Assembly: GCA_024704765.1 (NCBI GenBank)
Contig: JAKMXF010000314.1
Span: forward strand, 343,418-407,417
Length of the DNA: 64,000 bases
Direction of reading: 5' to 3'
Source: Oopsacas minuta
Lineage: Eukaryota; Animalia; Porifera
Part shown: positions 27,328 through 38,650 of the stretch, piece after piece
How positions within the stretch are numbered: the first letter of the stretch is position 1
Layout of the letters: each line of letters starts with the position of its first letter
The notes under the pieces: generated by a model
What the model was told of the DNA's origin: nothing
Seen by the model: the letters and a program-made list of their open reading frames with translations, nothing else
Databases searched by the model: none
Position numbers and translations under genes: made by a program

Positions 27328-27871
27328 CAGGGTTGATAAAATCATGATTGTTTAAAATATCAAAAAATCAGATTTTTAAATTTAATCAGATTTTTTGATT
27401 TTAATGGGATTTTTTTTATTTTAATCGGATTTATGATTTAAATGGTACGGATAGTAGTAATCCAATTGTTAAAAATCTTTTGTAAGTGGTTGTTTAAAAT
27501 ACATATATAGACTCAGGGTTGCTTATTAATAACCAGCTTAATATGTACATTCGTTCATTATGAACAACCCCTTCAGGTCCCAATTATTCGGCTTACATAA
27601 GATTTGTATTATGCCAAGTCATTATGAAGGGGTTAACAATAAGCGACCATGACTGCACACATCATTTATTTTTATTTAAATTGAACAACCCTGCCGTCAA
27701 ATGATAGATTTTGATAGGTATAAACAATAATATCAGAATTGACACGATAACAAAAACATCAAAATATTGAATTTGAATATGATATTTGATAAATTCAGAT
27801 TTTTGATTTAAATCGTGATTTTTATTAATGAAAGTCATTGATTTAAATCATGATTTAAATCAACAACCCTG
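27328..27871. mobile_element. hAT-type MITE with GATTTAAATC subterminal repeats
   Basis: Ends CAGGGTTGATAAAATCATGATT / AATCATGATTTAAATCAACAACCCTG. No clear TSD. Confidence 0.75.
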
Positions 27872-27929
27872 TTTAGAATTATGTAATTCACACATATACA
27901 TACATGGCATATATGTTATTGAAATATTT

Positions 27930-28220
27930 GGTAGATCAACCGCCTTTGCAGCCGTTGAGGGAAGTATCCACGTAAATTTCAAGATTTTGCTAATTTTTTA
28001 CATTATATTCATAAAAACAACAATAAATTTACAAGATTAATCCAAAAGTGTGAAAATGGGATTCAGCATGTTCGATAAATTTGGTGAAGTTTAATTGAAT
28101 TCTATTTACTTACTTGATAAACACAAAAATACATAATTATGTGACAATTTAAAAAATTACATATCGTAAATCCTTTTTTGACAACGGACAAACAAACAAA
28201 CAGAATTAATAATATAGATT
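27930..28220 (+). repeat. Helitron/Helentron-like non-autonomous repeat, short copy
   Basis: Homologous to about 60215-60505, ending GACAACGGAC(AAAC)n...TAATAATATAGAT. Confidence 0.6.
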
Positions 28221-29457
28221 AGGGAGATGGCGAAAAATTTGAGTCTTTTATGCCCTCAAATTTGGCTTAACACAGCATTGGAGGGAATGAATATTAGACC
28301 AATAATTAAAGGAATGATAAAAAATTGTGAGTCAGAATTGTATGAAAGGGGAGTAGAAGCCAACTTTGAATGCGATAAGCAAATAAACTGTTTTCGATAC
28401 TATAAAGATCTAACCACATGTGTCAAGTTACAATAATTCGGAATTACACCAATGTTTAGTGAAATTATCAAGAGATTGGTATATTGGGGAATACACAGGA
28501 CAATTCGCGAATATACCAAATATTCCAATTCGTACTTGACTTGCAACATTGAGATTCTGCTGGGGAGAGATTGTAGCATATTTTTACAAATTTTGTTGCT
28601 GTGGAAGGTCTTATTTGTACTAGTAAATTAAAGACAATTTTATTGGGAGGATTATCTTTACAAATATCGATTTTGGGGAAGATCAAAATTTAACAGTTAA
28701 AGATAATTTCTGTGGGGTATCAGCGCAAATTTTACAAATTTTGATGTTGCAGGACCATGTATTTACATATGCTCGGGTGAGGATAAGCCCATTAAATATC
28801 GCCTTGATTCCACATCCATATTGACATTTTATCAATAGAAAATGGGAATACGATGGTTATCTTATGAGCATAAGTCACAATTATACCTTATAGGGACTTT
28901 TCAGTAAATAATATGTGTTTCTTCATTAAATTAATAGAAAAAATCGATCTTATAATAATTTTACTAAAAATATCGGGAACGAAAGGTCCGTGACAAGAGT
29001 AACGATAATTCCGCTATTCGCCTGTAATAAATTTCTATGTAAATCATTGATATGGTACACGATATTTACATGCTGCACTCAGCAACCGAATTATCTAAAA
29101 TAAGTGAAAGGGGTTAGATTTGGGCATTAGCAGAACAGTGAGAACAATAAATTTGTCTCTTGCCTTGGCTAAAGTTACAAAGCCAATACAATTCCGAAAG
29201 ATGAAGGGGAGAAGTGCGGCTCCCACTGCCTACGTCCATGGTCTAGACGCACTTATCAATGCACGTAGTGTCGAAGGTGAGAGGACACCAACATAGGAGT
29301 TGGTCGCTTCAGGTTGTGAAACGAAAGAAAACGCAAGAGTAGTTTGTAAAGAGTAAATTTTACTTTTCAGCAGTATTTACAGAAAATAGGAGCAAGAATA
29401 AAATATTAAGGAAATTTGAACCAGATCCACTAATGGTATGCATTGGAAAAGAAATAC

Positions 29458-29643
29458 CTGAACAATGAGGGGTAAAAGATTTTCTACAGATTCTTTACCA
29501 TGTTGTAACATAATATTCTCCATTTCTTCATAAATGGGTAGGGCAGCATTCTGGAAATCATCTGATAGATCTCCTTCAACATCATCAGTGTATACTTCAG
29601 CACTACGTAAAAACTCAGGGATAGAAAAAGTTTCATTTGCCAT
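29458..29643 (-). CDS. JIP3/JIP4 (MAPK8IP3/SPAG9)-like scaffold, exon 1 (RH1 domain)
   Basis: AALPIYEEMENIMLQHGKESVENLLPLIVQ|V matches JIP3/4 [31 protein letters not shown]. Donor CAG|gtattt at 29457. The ORF-track tail beyond this point is intron read-through. Confidence 0.88.
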
Positions 29644-29657
29644 ACAGAATTCAAAAT

Positions 29658-29690
29658 CTAGAAAGAGAAAAAATATTCAAATAGTAAAGG
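29658..29690 (-). promoter_or_regulatory. splice acceptor 14 nt upstream of the JIP ATG (5'UTR intron or trans-splice site)
   Basis: Minus strand reads tttgaatattttttctctttctag|ATTTTGAATTCTGT-ATG. Confidence 0.55.
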
Positions 29691-29812
29691 GAAGGGAAAT
29701 ATTGTGAAAATTCCAAGTCTACTCAAATTTTAACTGGCACTTAAATATATATATGAGGTTTTCATAATCTACTCATGTTTTGAAGCAACAAAAAGTACAC
29801 AGATGTTCGTAT

Positions 29813-29848
29813 AAAAGTACACAGAGCATGCTCGTATAAAATTACACA
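29813..29848 (+). repeat. left arm of a 36 bp inverted repeat with a GAGCATGCTC palindrome
   Basis: AAAAGTACACAGAGCATGCTCGTATAAAATTACACA, 35/36 identical to the reverse complement of 34850-34885. Partial extra copies lie at 29787-29816 and 29854-29864. Confidence 0.9.
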
Positions 29849-29955
29849 AATCTAGAGCATGCTCGAAGGAGGATCAATTATTTATCTCTAAGTATAATTA
29901 TCACAGGAATAATAATTGCCTGCGAATCGCACTCCAATTTTAAACGGTTTTATCA

Positions 29956-30784
29956 ATGCCACAAGCCACTAAAGAAAATGCTAGACAATACCTTCAAAGT
30001 GCTCTAGATGTAGTTACCAAGGTTATTAGCGAAGTAGTAGGTGCAACATTCACCTGGAATGGAAAAATGAATGTCAATAGAGGAATTTCATTCAAGGAGT
30101 ATACTGGAAAATCAGAGCGAAATATGGCATTCCTTGATTTCCTCTGTTCATAGGCCTAGCCAAGCAAGCCCGTTAGCAAACCCGAAATTGATAGAAAATT
30201 CGCAGAATTATTTACAAAAGACTACCAGAAATTGAATGTCTCGACACTTCGGCGGATGGATAACACAGCAATCTGCCGGTAAGTTTGGTATTACGTATTT
30301 AATTGCCAATTATTTGTACTACGTATTCTCTGGGTTGACTATTTTACTCGTTTAGGAAGAAAATGAAACTTCTAGTGCCAGAAACAACCTGAAATGGTGT
30401 CCAGAGCATACCCCATTCTGTAATGTAAGGAAAAGTACTCGCGAGTGCTTATTAACTGTATTAGATACATAGAAAACTCGCGATTCTGAAGAGATGAATT
30501 TCGAGAGAGACAACATCCTTGATAGACCACCACATGCTAGTCCAGAGAAGAAAACTGAACTAGCATTTGATGATATCGTATCATCTGATAGGGATGAATC
30601 TCCTATTTCAAAAGACATTCCAAAAAACATTGAGCTGGAATTCTGGTATAGTGACCATTCTTCCCAGACAGATGAAAGTCTATCAGACATACTGCCACCT
30701 TCGACTCCACGCGCCTATTTTCTTCTAACTCCTGATACACGAGATAAAAAGTGTCATAAACAAAGTGAGTTAGACGAAAAATAG
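29956..30784 (+). pseudogene. disrupted 'TWNGK' gene, possibly BEN/DUF4806-like, with a 77 nt intron and an acidic tail
   Basis: ORF 29956-30153 (...VVGATFTWNGKMNVNRGISFKE...) continues past in-frame stops to CG|gtaagt at 30279. Acceptor tttag| at 30355. Downstream D/E/S-rich frame includes ORF 30494-30784. Confidence 0.4.
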
Positions 30785-31719
30785 AATTAGTTTCTAGGTT
30801 ATAAACAACTGAATACGAGATATAGTACATGCATTGACTCAAAATGGAGATGGGTAGGGCCATTTCAGATAATTTTAATTTGAGAATACTTATACAGCGA
30901 TCATTGGTAACACCGATGATCTTTCTCAATAGATCACAATAGAGTGTATTTCTTGTTTTCTCGCCTTGGACGTGTGTCAGGAGAGGGTCAGCGTTTTTTG
31001 AGTTGTTGGGAGTTGACCTGGACTTTCATGTGATTAGTTAATCAAAAGGCAAATTAGAAGTTAAAAAGAGCATTTATACCTCACTAATGGTACTGGTCAT
31101 CGGTAGATGTTGGATAGGGATTTTAATAGACGCCACCGTTCCTCGCTATATAAGTATCCTCTTGTAATTGTGTATCATGATTGTTCCAACATACTAAATT
31201 TCAACAGATTATTAGAAGCTTATGCATTTGATTTGGCCCTTCTACTAATCCTAAATTTAAGGAAAAATTGCTTGCCAAATAATTAAACATGACCAAAGCT
31301 TCAGATCCACCATAGTATAATCACAAAGTACATATGTATCCTGACTAAAGGAGCCAATCCTTCCAGACATGACTTTTGTTAATATGGAGCTGGACCAACA
31401 TATATACTTCCGTGGTTGTGTAATTTTTGGACTAGAGAGGTATTTGTTCTATCAAACAACTATAATGCATATTTGGATAGTAGGCCATTTTTACCTCTGG
31501 CAGATGTAATTCAGCAACCCGATCAAACCTTACAGACTCAACAGATTTCATTGGACAAACCTCCCTTCCTCAGATTCATATCCGAAGGGGACATGAAAGT
31601 TGCACTTCACGAACTAGTCATGAACATACGTACTTCACGCATGAAACGATCAATGCATTCAATCTAAGACTTTGATTATGAATTTCTTGTAAATTATACT
31701 TCTAAAATGATGCATGTAA

Positions 31720-32330
31720 TAATGATATCTACGTTCTGTTACTGAACCAGTTCCAGAGTCTAAGAGGACTACACGATACAATACGAAGTCAAGTGAGTGG
31801 CTATCAATACATATATGAATATGAATGCTTCCACACTATCTTCTCATATCGAATATTAGGGATAACTATTTGTTCCAGCACTACCAGAAAGCTTACAAAT
31901 CCTCCACGATGGAGCCTCCATTGGGTTGTATCAAGGCTTGATGGTGGTAGTAAAGTGCACTTGCATGATTCAATGCATTATGGATTCATGACTAATCAAC
32001 TAAAAGAACAACGGTTCTCTTTATCGCCAAGAACCTCCTCTAAATCGAGAAGTAATAGTAGAATCAATCCAATAACAACAAGGTGGATGTGACTGCGGAT
32101 TATTTGCTGCTGCTGTCAGCGTAAATCTAGCATTGGGTGGAGATCCTACAAATACTAGATGGAGTCGGAACCGGGTGGGGAAGCACTTTAAGCGGTGTTT
32201 AGAAACTATGTATCTAACTGAATTTCCTCTCGCCCCAGTTAAGCAGAATTTGAAGAAGAAAGAAAAAGCTTCTTTAATAACAATACCTTTAATATGTATT
32301 TGTAGATTACCTGAATTTTCTTTCACCTCC
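31720..32330 (+). pseudogene. SENP/Ulp1-like cysteine protease followed by the start of a PHD-like finger; transposon-passenger type, decayed
   Basis: LLNQFQSLRGLHDT, VHLHDSMHY, GGCDCGLFAAAV...LALGGDP...HFKRCLETMYLTEFP, then IPLICICRLPE. Frameshifted. Confidence 0.65.
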
Positions 32331-32628
32331 AGTTTGTATGTTGTCGTTGCGATGACACTTACCCAGAGTTTGTGTAGGTGAAAATTGAAACAGAAAAGAT
32401 TATCCTTGTTTCAATGTATTTAGTATATGTCTAAATTTGTATTTAGTTATTGTATATCCATTTTTTCTTTTTACATTCTAATGAAAGTAATGATGTCTTG
32501 AGAGTGTACATTTTTCTGATAATACTGGCGATACACTCTCACGAATATATTTTCCTTTAGGTAATTTTACTATTATTACTAGTTCCTCCTGCTCTAATAT
32601 GGCAAATTGAAAAATACCCGATATTAGC

Positions 32629-34520
32629 TCATTTCATGTGAAATAATGGATAGCCTCTTTGGTGCAAGTGTACAAGAACCTTAGTTCCATCCCGAATACA
32701 ACTTGTATCGAGATAGGTTGCAAGAGCTTGCACATCAATTGCTTTAAAAAAATCTGTAAACTGACTGAGGGCGTTTCCGTTTTGTAGATATTCGAATATT
32801 CTCTTTCGTTGAGCGAGGGGAGGAATCAAAAAACGGATATCCCGTGGTACTGGTGATATCATTTGATCATTGTCTAACATTATACATGATGGAGGCATTT
32901 CCTTAATATTTCTAAGAGTTATTCTATCAAAGATAACAACATCAGGGTAGTCTTTACTAATAGGACGTGTGAAACTTGCTTTATAGTATAGTAATGAGAT
33001 GGAGATAAGAATTCCATGCGTAATGAAAATGTGATATTGAATTTTTCTCGTAAACGGGCAAACTTCCTATTTTTTGCTCTATAAGAGGTGGATGTTAATA
33101 AAATATTGAAATAGATGAATGAAAACTATTATTTTAAATATGTATCTATACTATTAAAACACAATTTATCTGTATGTATGTAAGTATGTCGATATATATT
33201 ATTACATACGGTGTATGTTTATATGTCCAGAATTGATTGTTGAACCTGGAAAACCTCCTGGCTCGGACAAGTTCGAGTTTTGGACGAAATTTCATACCTA
33301 TGACGAGATTATGTTAAACTCTTTGCACGTAGTTCTGACTATATGTTTTGCGCGCAGTGACCAAATGTACCATAGGGACCTTAGCGGTGTATGCTTTAGC
33401 TAATTCCGAGGCACGAAGTGCTGAGCGCAATTCCCGCCGCAGAGCGGCCTAGCAGGTGAACCGCCTTAGTACCTAATAAATCCCTGTAGGGTATTCTTTG
33501 ACATAGCCATTAGTTCACTGTATTCAAATAGTAAGGAGTATTAGACAAAATAGTGATTGTCAATGTTAAGAAGTGGTCGGAGGACCATCATATCTTGAAT
33601 AGCAATTTACATGAGCCAGTACAGGTTGCATTGAATACTAGAAATATCTATAAATAAAGATATATAGCCTATATAGAGGCTCAAAGATTAAGAGGTCGAA
33701 AGAAATTAGAGTAGTAATAGGGTATTCATTACCTTGATGCTCTGGCAAAGCAATAATATCACTTTCCATATACCAAGCTGGTTGGCACCATGAAATTAAT
33801 ACCCATTAATACAAGTATATTTTTTAGGTTTAATTCCTACGGTAATCTATTTCCAAAATTCCATTGATGGTCATAAACACTTGAAATACGTTCATCTAAG
33901 TCTAATAGTATGGGAATCGTAGAAATTGTTTGATATTTATTCTCTGAATATTCCATAGATCGAGGTGTAAACTCTGGAAGCATCTTGAGGAAGGCTGATT
34001 TACTTATTCTTGTCATTAAAAGGTTTTCAGTACCAATTACCTTCCTACAGAATTAAATGCACGTCACAACACACTAATCCGGAAAAAACTATATTCTTCA
34101 ACGTATATTACCTACTTTTTCTGTATAATCACACATAGCTATGATATTTGTGTCTGTGAGTTTCCAAACTTTTCGTGATGTAAGAGAGAATGTAAACATC
34201 CGTCAGCAATGGACAGATCAAATATGTGAAGATCCATTTCAGGGTTAGATTTCGTTTGAGGGAGAATCTCAGTGTTTTCAAACTCATCTATTTGTAAATT
34301 TCAATCAAACATAATTACATACTTATACCTAAACATTGTATCATTCTATGACTAACATTATTAATTCTTACTTACGAATAGTTGGCAGATATTCTAATTC
34401 AGGAAATGATTGAATGCTGTCAATCTGGAGCTCAGAAAGGCTTAACTCATCTCCACGTCTTCGTTTGTAGGAAAATTCAAGTTCGTATAGGCGTAGTTCA
34501 TCTAATTTTTTCTCGCTCAT
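32629..34520 (-). pseudogene. five-exon orphan gene, disabled
   Basis: Exons 34520-34376, 34287-34112, 34044-33733, 33647-33473, 33078-32629, all with GT-AG boundaries. Introns 1, 3 and 4 join in compatible phase. Frameshifts in exons 2, 3 and 5; in-frame stops in exons 3 and 4. No recognisable domain. Confidence 0.6.
33170..33452 (+). repeat. Helitron-like insertion in intron 4 of the orphan pseudogene
   Basis: (TATG)n start and a 3' hairpin GCCGC-AGA-GCGGC immediately followed by CTAG. Confidence 0.45.
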
Positions 34521-34586
34521 TTATATCTAGTTATGCCCACCACTTATGGAAAAATACTACGGGTAGTAAATAACGAGTAAATTATA

Positions 34587-34925
34587 CTAAACTACTGCTG
34601 CGTCATGTTTGGAAGCTAATTCTGTAGTTTGCCCTGGTTGATGTACGAATGATTTCAAAGAATCCCGTATCTTCTGTTGTTTTTCCACTCCCAAACACTC
34701 AACCTTACCATTCCATGTTGAGATTAATCCAAAAGCTTTACCAGTATTTTTTATAAAGTTCTCCGAATAAGATAGAAGATGCTGGCGTTCGTTACCTTTT
34801 ATAAACTTGTGCATAACAAGTAAGAAATACAAAGTTCCAATAAATATAATGTGTAGTTTTATACGAGCATGCTCTGTGTACTTTTTGTTATATGTATGTT
34901 TTACAAAATTTTCAAATCTACTCAA
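34587..34925 (-). CDS. hypothetical protein; second 'TWNGK' ORF (true start uncertain)
   Basis: NERQHLLSYSENFIKNTGKAFGLISTWNGKV aligns without gaps to NARQYLQSALDVVTKVISEVVGATFTWNGKM of 29956-30153 (12/31 identical). The annotated start overlaps the inverted repeat. Confidence 0.35.
   Translation of the reverse strand: MSRFENFVKHTYNKKYTEHARIKLHIIFIGTLYFLLVMHKFIKGNERQHLLSYSENFIKNTGKAFGLISTWNGKVECLGVEKQQKIRDSLKSFVHQPGQTTELASKHDAAVV
34850..34885 (-). repeat. right arm of the 36 bp inverted repeat
   Basis: TGTGTAGTTTTATACGAGCATGCTCTGTGTACTTTT, reverse complement of 29813-29848 with one mismatch. Confidence 0.9.
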
Positions 34926-37830
34926 ATTTAGAAATGCTATGACAGTAGAAGGGTTATTTCGAATTAGTGAAAGAGCAAGCGTTAACTGTCAATTGTTTTA
35001 AATGTTAGATGTTGATAATATAATCAAATATTTTACATCCCCAACTTGCCACAAAGTGATTATATTACATATATATGCCTGTGACTTTCAAAATATCCTA
35101 AATTGGGAATTCCATCAATTCTTTTTCGTATCATCAATAATAGCGTGGGTTTGATGGATAAAGTAAACCAAAGCGGCACACAAGCAAATACTTGTTATAA
35201 TTAACTTCTTCTAGTTCTTTTAACTGAAAGTAGAAAATAGAGACCAAAGATTTGGTGTGTTTAAACCATGTTCTCAGTGTTTATAATGCTGACAGTTGTA
35301 GATAATGACAAAGGCGAATAGTTAATTTGAAAAAATAGTTGGTATGATTGGAATGTTAACAAATTCCTGTGTCGCTAAGGAAATGTGTTTCTGTTTATTG
35401 AGGCTATAACTCAAAAACTATGAGTTCTATGAATCTAAACTTTAAACCAGAAGTTCCGACATAGTCAACTTCCTATTCACTAGTAATATAGTTCATTTGC
35501 TTTTTCTTGATACATTTAGTACATGATCGTCATTGCTAGAGTAAATGTTCAAATATATCAAAAAGGTATTTAACAGATCTGAAAATTAGAGTACAGTCAA
35601 GTCTGCTAAATTGGGACAAATCTTCAGGAAGAGAATCATCTCCATTCAAGTCAATCTAAATTTTTCGGTTAATCGGGACAAAATTAGTTTAATCGGCACA
35701 ACTCTGGTAATCGAGCGAAAATAAGTAACTCAATCTAGAAGAAATTTCCCTTGAGTTAGGAAATTCTAATGAGCTAGGTATAATTACAATATTTAGATAG
35801 ATTTAGACTAAAATTTGGTTTAATTTGGTCAAATCAAATTCTATTTACCAGTCATTGTTACCAACATGATTCACGGAAAGCACTAAACGATCCGAAAATT
35901 TATGAGTTTGTATATTGGATGGGTTTGGCTCAACCATAAGTGGTTAACTTGCTTTGGGGGAGTCTGCGACTGAAAGAATAAAATTGTGCTGCTCTTTAGT
36001 ATAATTAGTAGAAATATCCGGTTAATTGGGAACTCCGATTAATCTGGACAAAAAGCCTGGAACCATTTGTCCCGATTAGTTGTCTTTAAATTACAAATTA
36101 GTCAGTGACTTATTTCCGTTGATAAGTCGTTTCCTGGTTTCCCGAGAAATCGAGGGAAATAATGAATCCGCTTACGTTCCATGGAATAATGTAACACTTA
36201 TAGCAATAATACAATTTCATACCAGTACATGGATTGTGCAAATTATGTTTCCTATATTCATAATCTGCGATTTCACACAGGTTCAATGCTGTCTAGTATT
36301 TGGTTAGGTTTCGAATTAATGTGACCAGAAATCTCCAGTTTATTCTACCAAAAATTTCAAATTGTCCTAGGGCTCTCAGCTCTCGATCTGGTCTGATGTC
36401 ACATGATTTCGGGCCTGCACATGAATGGCAGTAAGTTTGTTGATTCGCGGGGAAATTTGGTCACTGTAACATCGATGCAGGTATAAACACAAATTCAGGG
36501 TAGATTCAACTCGTATCAAACAGGAAATCCATAAAATGGCCTGGAACAACTTTCGAGCAGGTAGGGCCACAAATCCATGGCAACTCCACATTACTACTAG
36601 CCTTTAGTGTCTCAAATTACCTGAAACAATGACGAAGTTTCTCTGAGACCAATTTTCTTGATAAAATTCTTCCGCGGCCAAATTTCCGAGGGACCAATTT
36701 CCTAGCGATCCAACGACCATCTTTCCGACACGCTGCACGCACAACAAAATTCCTGGCATTTTCCCAGAACACTAATACTAAATCATAAGTCTCATTTGAA
36801 GTTCCCAGGTCGGGAATCCTGTTCTCCAAGTTAACGCTAAAATCCATAATTCCTCTGATCACCCTACTATAGATAAGTGGGGGTATTATCTAGCGCGGCT
36901 TTCATTATTTCGGCGATGGAAAATTGGCATATATTTGCGAGATAAAGACTTGAAATTTATTGTGCCAATTGGAAAGTTATAGGATTTGGGATAAGAGGAG
37001 TTTATTAGTGAAGTAGGTGTGGTAAATTCTGACATCCGCTTGAAACTGTCATTTTGGTAGCCGTAAGGTCATAACTTTTACATTTTGACACCTATGGAGT
37101 GGTATATTCAGGGAGGGAGGATGAGGGAAGTATCCTCGCCACCAGGATAAATTTACAATACCACATTGAATCATTGTGGTATTGGAAATCATGTCAATAC
37201 ACTGAAATTTTGGCTCTAATTGCAAATCGTAAATTTTCGGCTCTCTTCACTCGCATCTTCACATTTTGGCACTAGATTTGTACTCAACTTAAATTTCTAG
37301 CAATTTGATGTTTCACTTGACCTATTGACCATATTTGGAGTGATCCTTTCCATAGCAACGCAGGAATGTCTTAATAATGTCATCAGATTTGAACGAAATT
37401 TCAATCATTCGACATTTGAGAATTTGACATTTCCGAAATATTTTGTTTTTGAATAATTTACTTTAGTTTTATGTCAGAGTTTTACGGAAACGATTCCGTC
37501 ATTTTCCTCCTAAAAGTTAGAATCGATTTTGAAATTGGCTATGTAAACTTTGGTAATATAGACGTTTATTTAATTTAAATATCATTTTTAAGTCGGAAGT
37601 GAGAATTAACGGGATGCATTATATTATTCATAAAGTAAAGTCAGTTTCAATTCATTTTTCTTTTCCTAAATCCAACTGAATTTCAATTCTTTTAATGCTA
37701 ATGCTTAGCATTCTAATATACTAAGGCAATGGCACCAACTTGGACCATGGATTGGTTAAACGATTTTGAGATACTTATGCTGAAGAGTATATCTCAGAAA
37801 CAATGCACTTCTGGCCGAATGAAAGTATTA

Positions 37831-38650
37831 CAGTGGAGTCTTGAATACCGAACACGTTGGTGACATAGCTTATGTCCGTTGTAGAGAATTATCCGCTTCT
37901 CCGAGACTGGTCCATCTTTTTGAATCAAAACACCTAATATGTATCATTTTTGAATGCAATTTTACATGTTTAAAGTTGAACAGTAACGGGAGAAGTCACA
38001 AGTTTTATTATACTGTGATAAGAATGAATATAACATAGAGTGATGACTGATTAGTAACGTGAGCATTTTGGCATTACTTTATACTCTATATATATTATAA
38101 TGGGTGCGAAACAAGCCAGGAGGATAACTTTGTCTACTGGTTGATACTTGCAGACTAGTTACAGTATCTATTAGGGTGCCAATGCCTATAGCCACTTCAA
38201 AACATCCTCGACTTTCACAATTTTTGAGAAGAGAAGTAAATAAAGGATTTGCTGAGGATACGGAAGATAAAGAAATCAGAGAAGCAGGTTACGGGCTAGA
38301 AATCCCATGTGTGTACCGCCTTTATGGCCCCAAGGTTTACATTGATAAGATGAAATAATTGTTAAAATACTTGAAAGACATGGAACTTGTAGAGCACTCA
38401 TATTATTATGTAAACTTTGTGATATCTAAATTATCGGTTGCAGTTTCTGGTTGTCCGTTCTTGGGAGATAATTTTGCATTAAGACACACTATTCGGAGCC
38501 AGTTCCCTGTTCGTTGTTCAGAAATTGTAGTTCTCCACTCCTTGGAGACTGTTAAGTATTACATGCTTGGCACTTTCAATCCGTGCCACGAGGTTTGTCC
38601 GTTGTAGGGGTTGTCCACTTCTCGAAGTGTCCGCTTTGGAGACTCCACTG
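37831..38650 (+). mobile_element. 820 bp pogo/Tigger-like non-autonomous element carrying a HIRAN-like ORF fragment
   Basis: TIRs CAGTGGAGTC / GACTCCACTG with TA on both sides. Internal SQFLRREVNKGFAE...GYGLEIPCVYRLYGPKVYIDKMK. Confidence 0.75.

Noticed and set aside
30860-31120. GATCATTGGTAACACCGATGATC motif similar to the copy A/B subterminal repeats
   Set aside because: Only short motif-level similarity; boundaries could not be defined.
36617-36862. 81 aa ORF ending at a donor-like site
   Set aside because: Built from AAATTGGTC/AAATTTGGCCGC repeats typical of transposon ends; no homology recognised.
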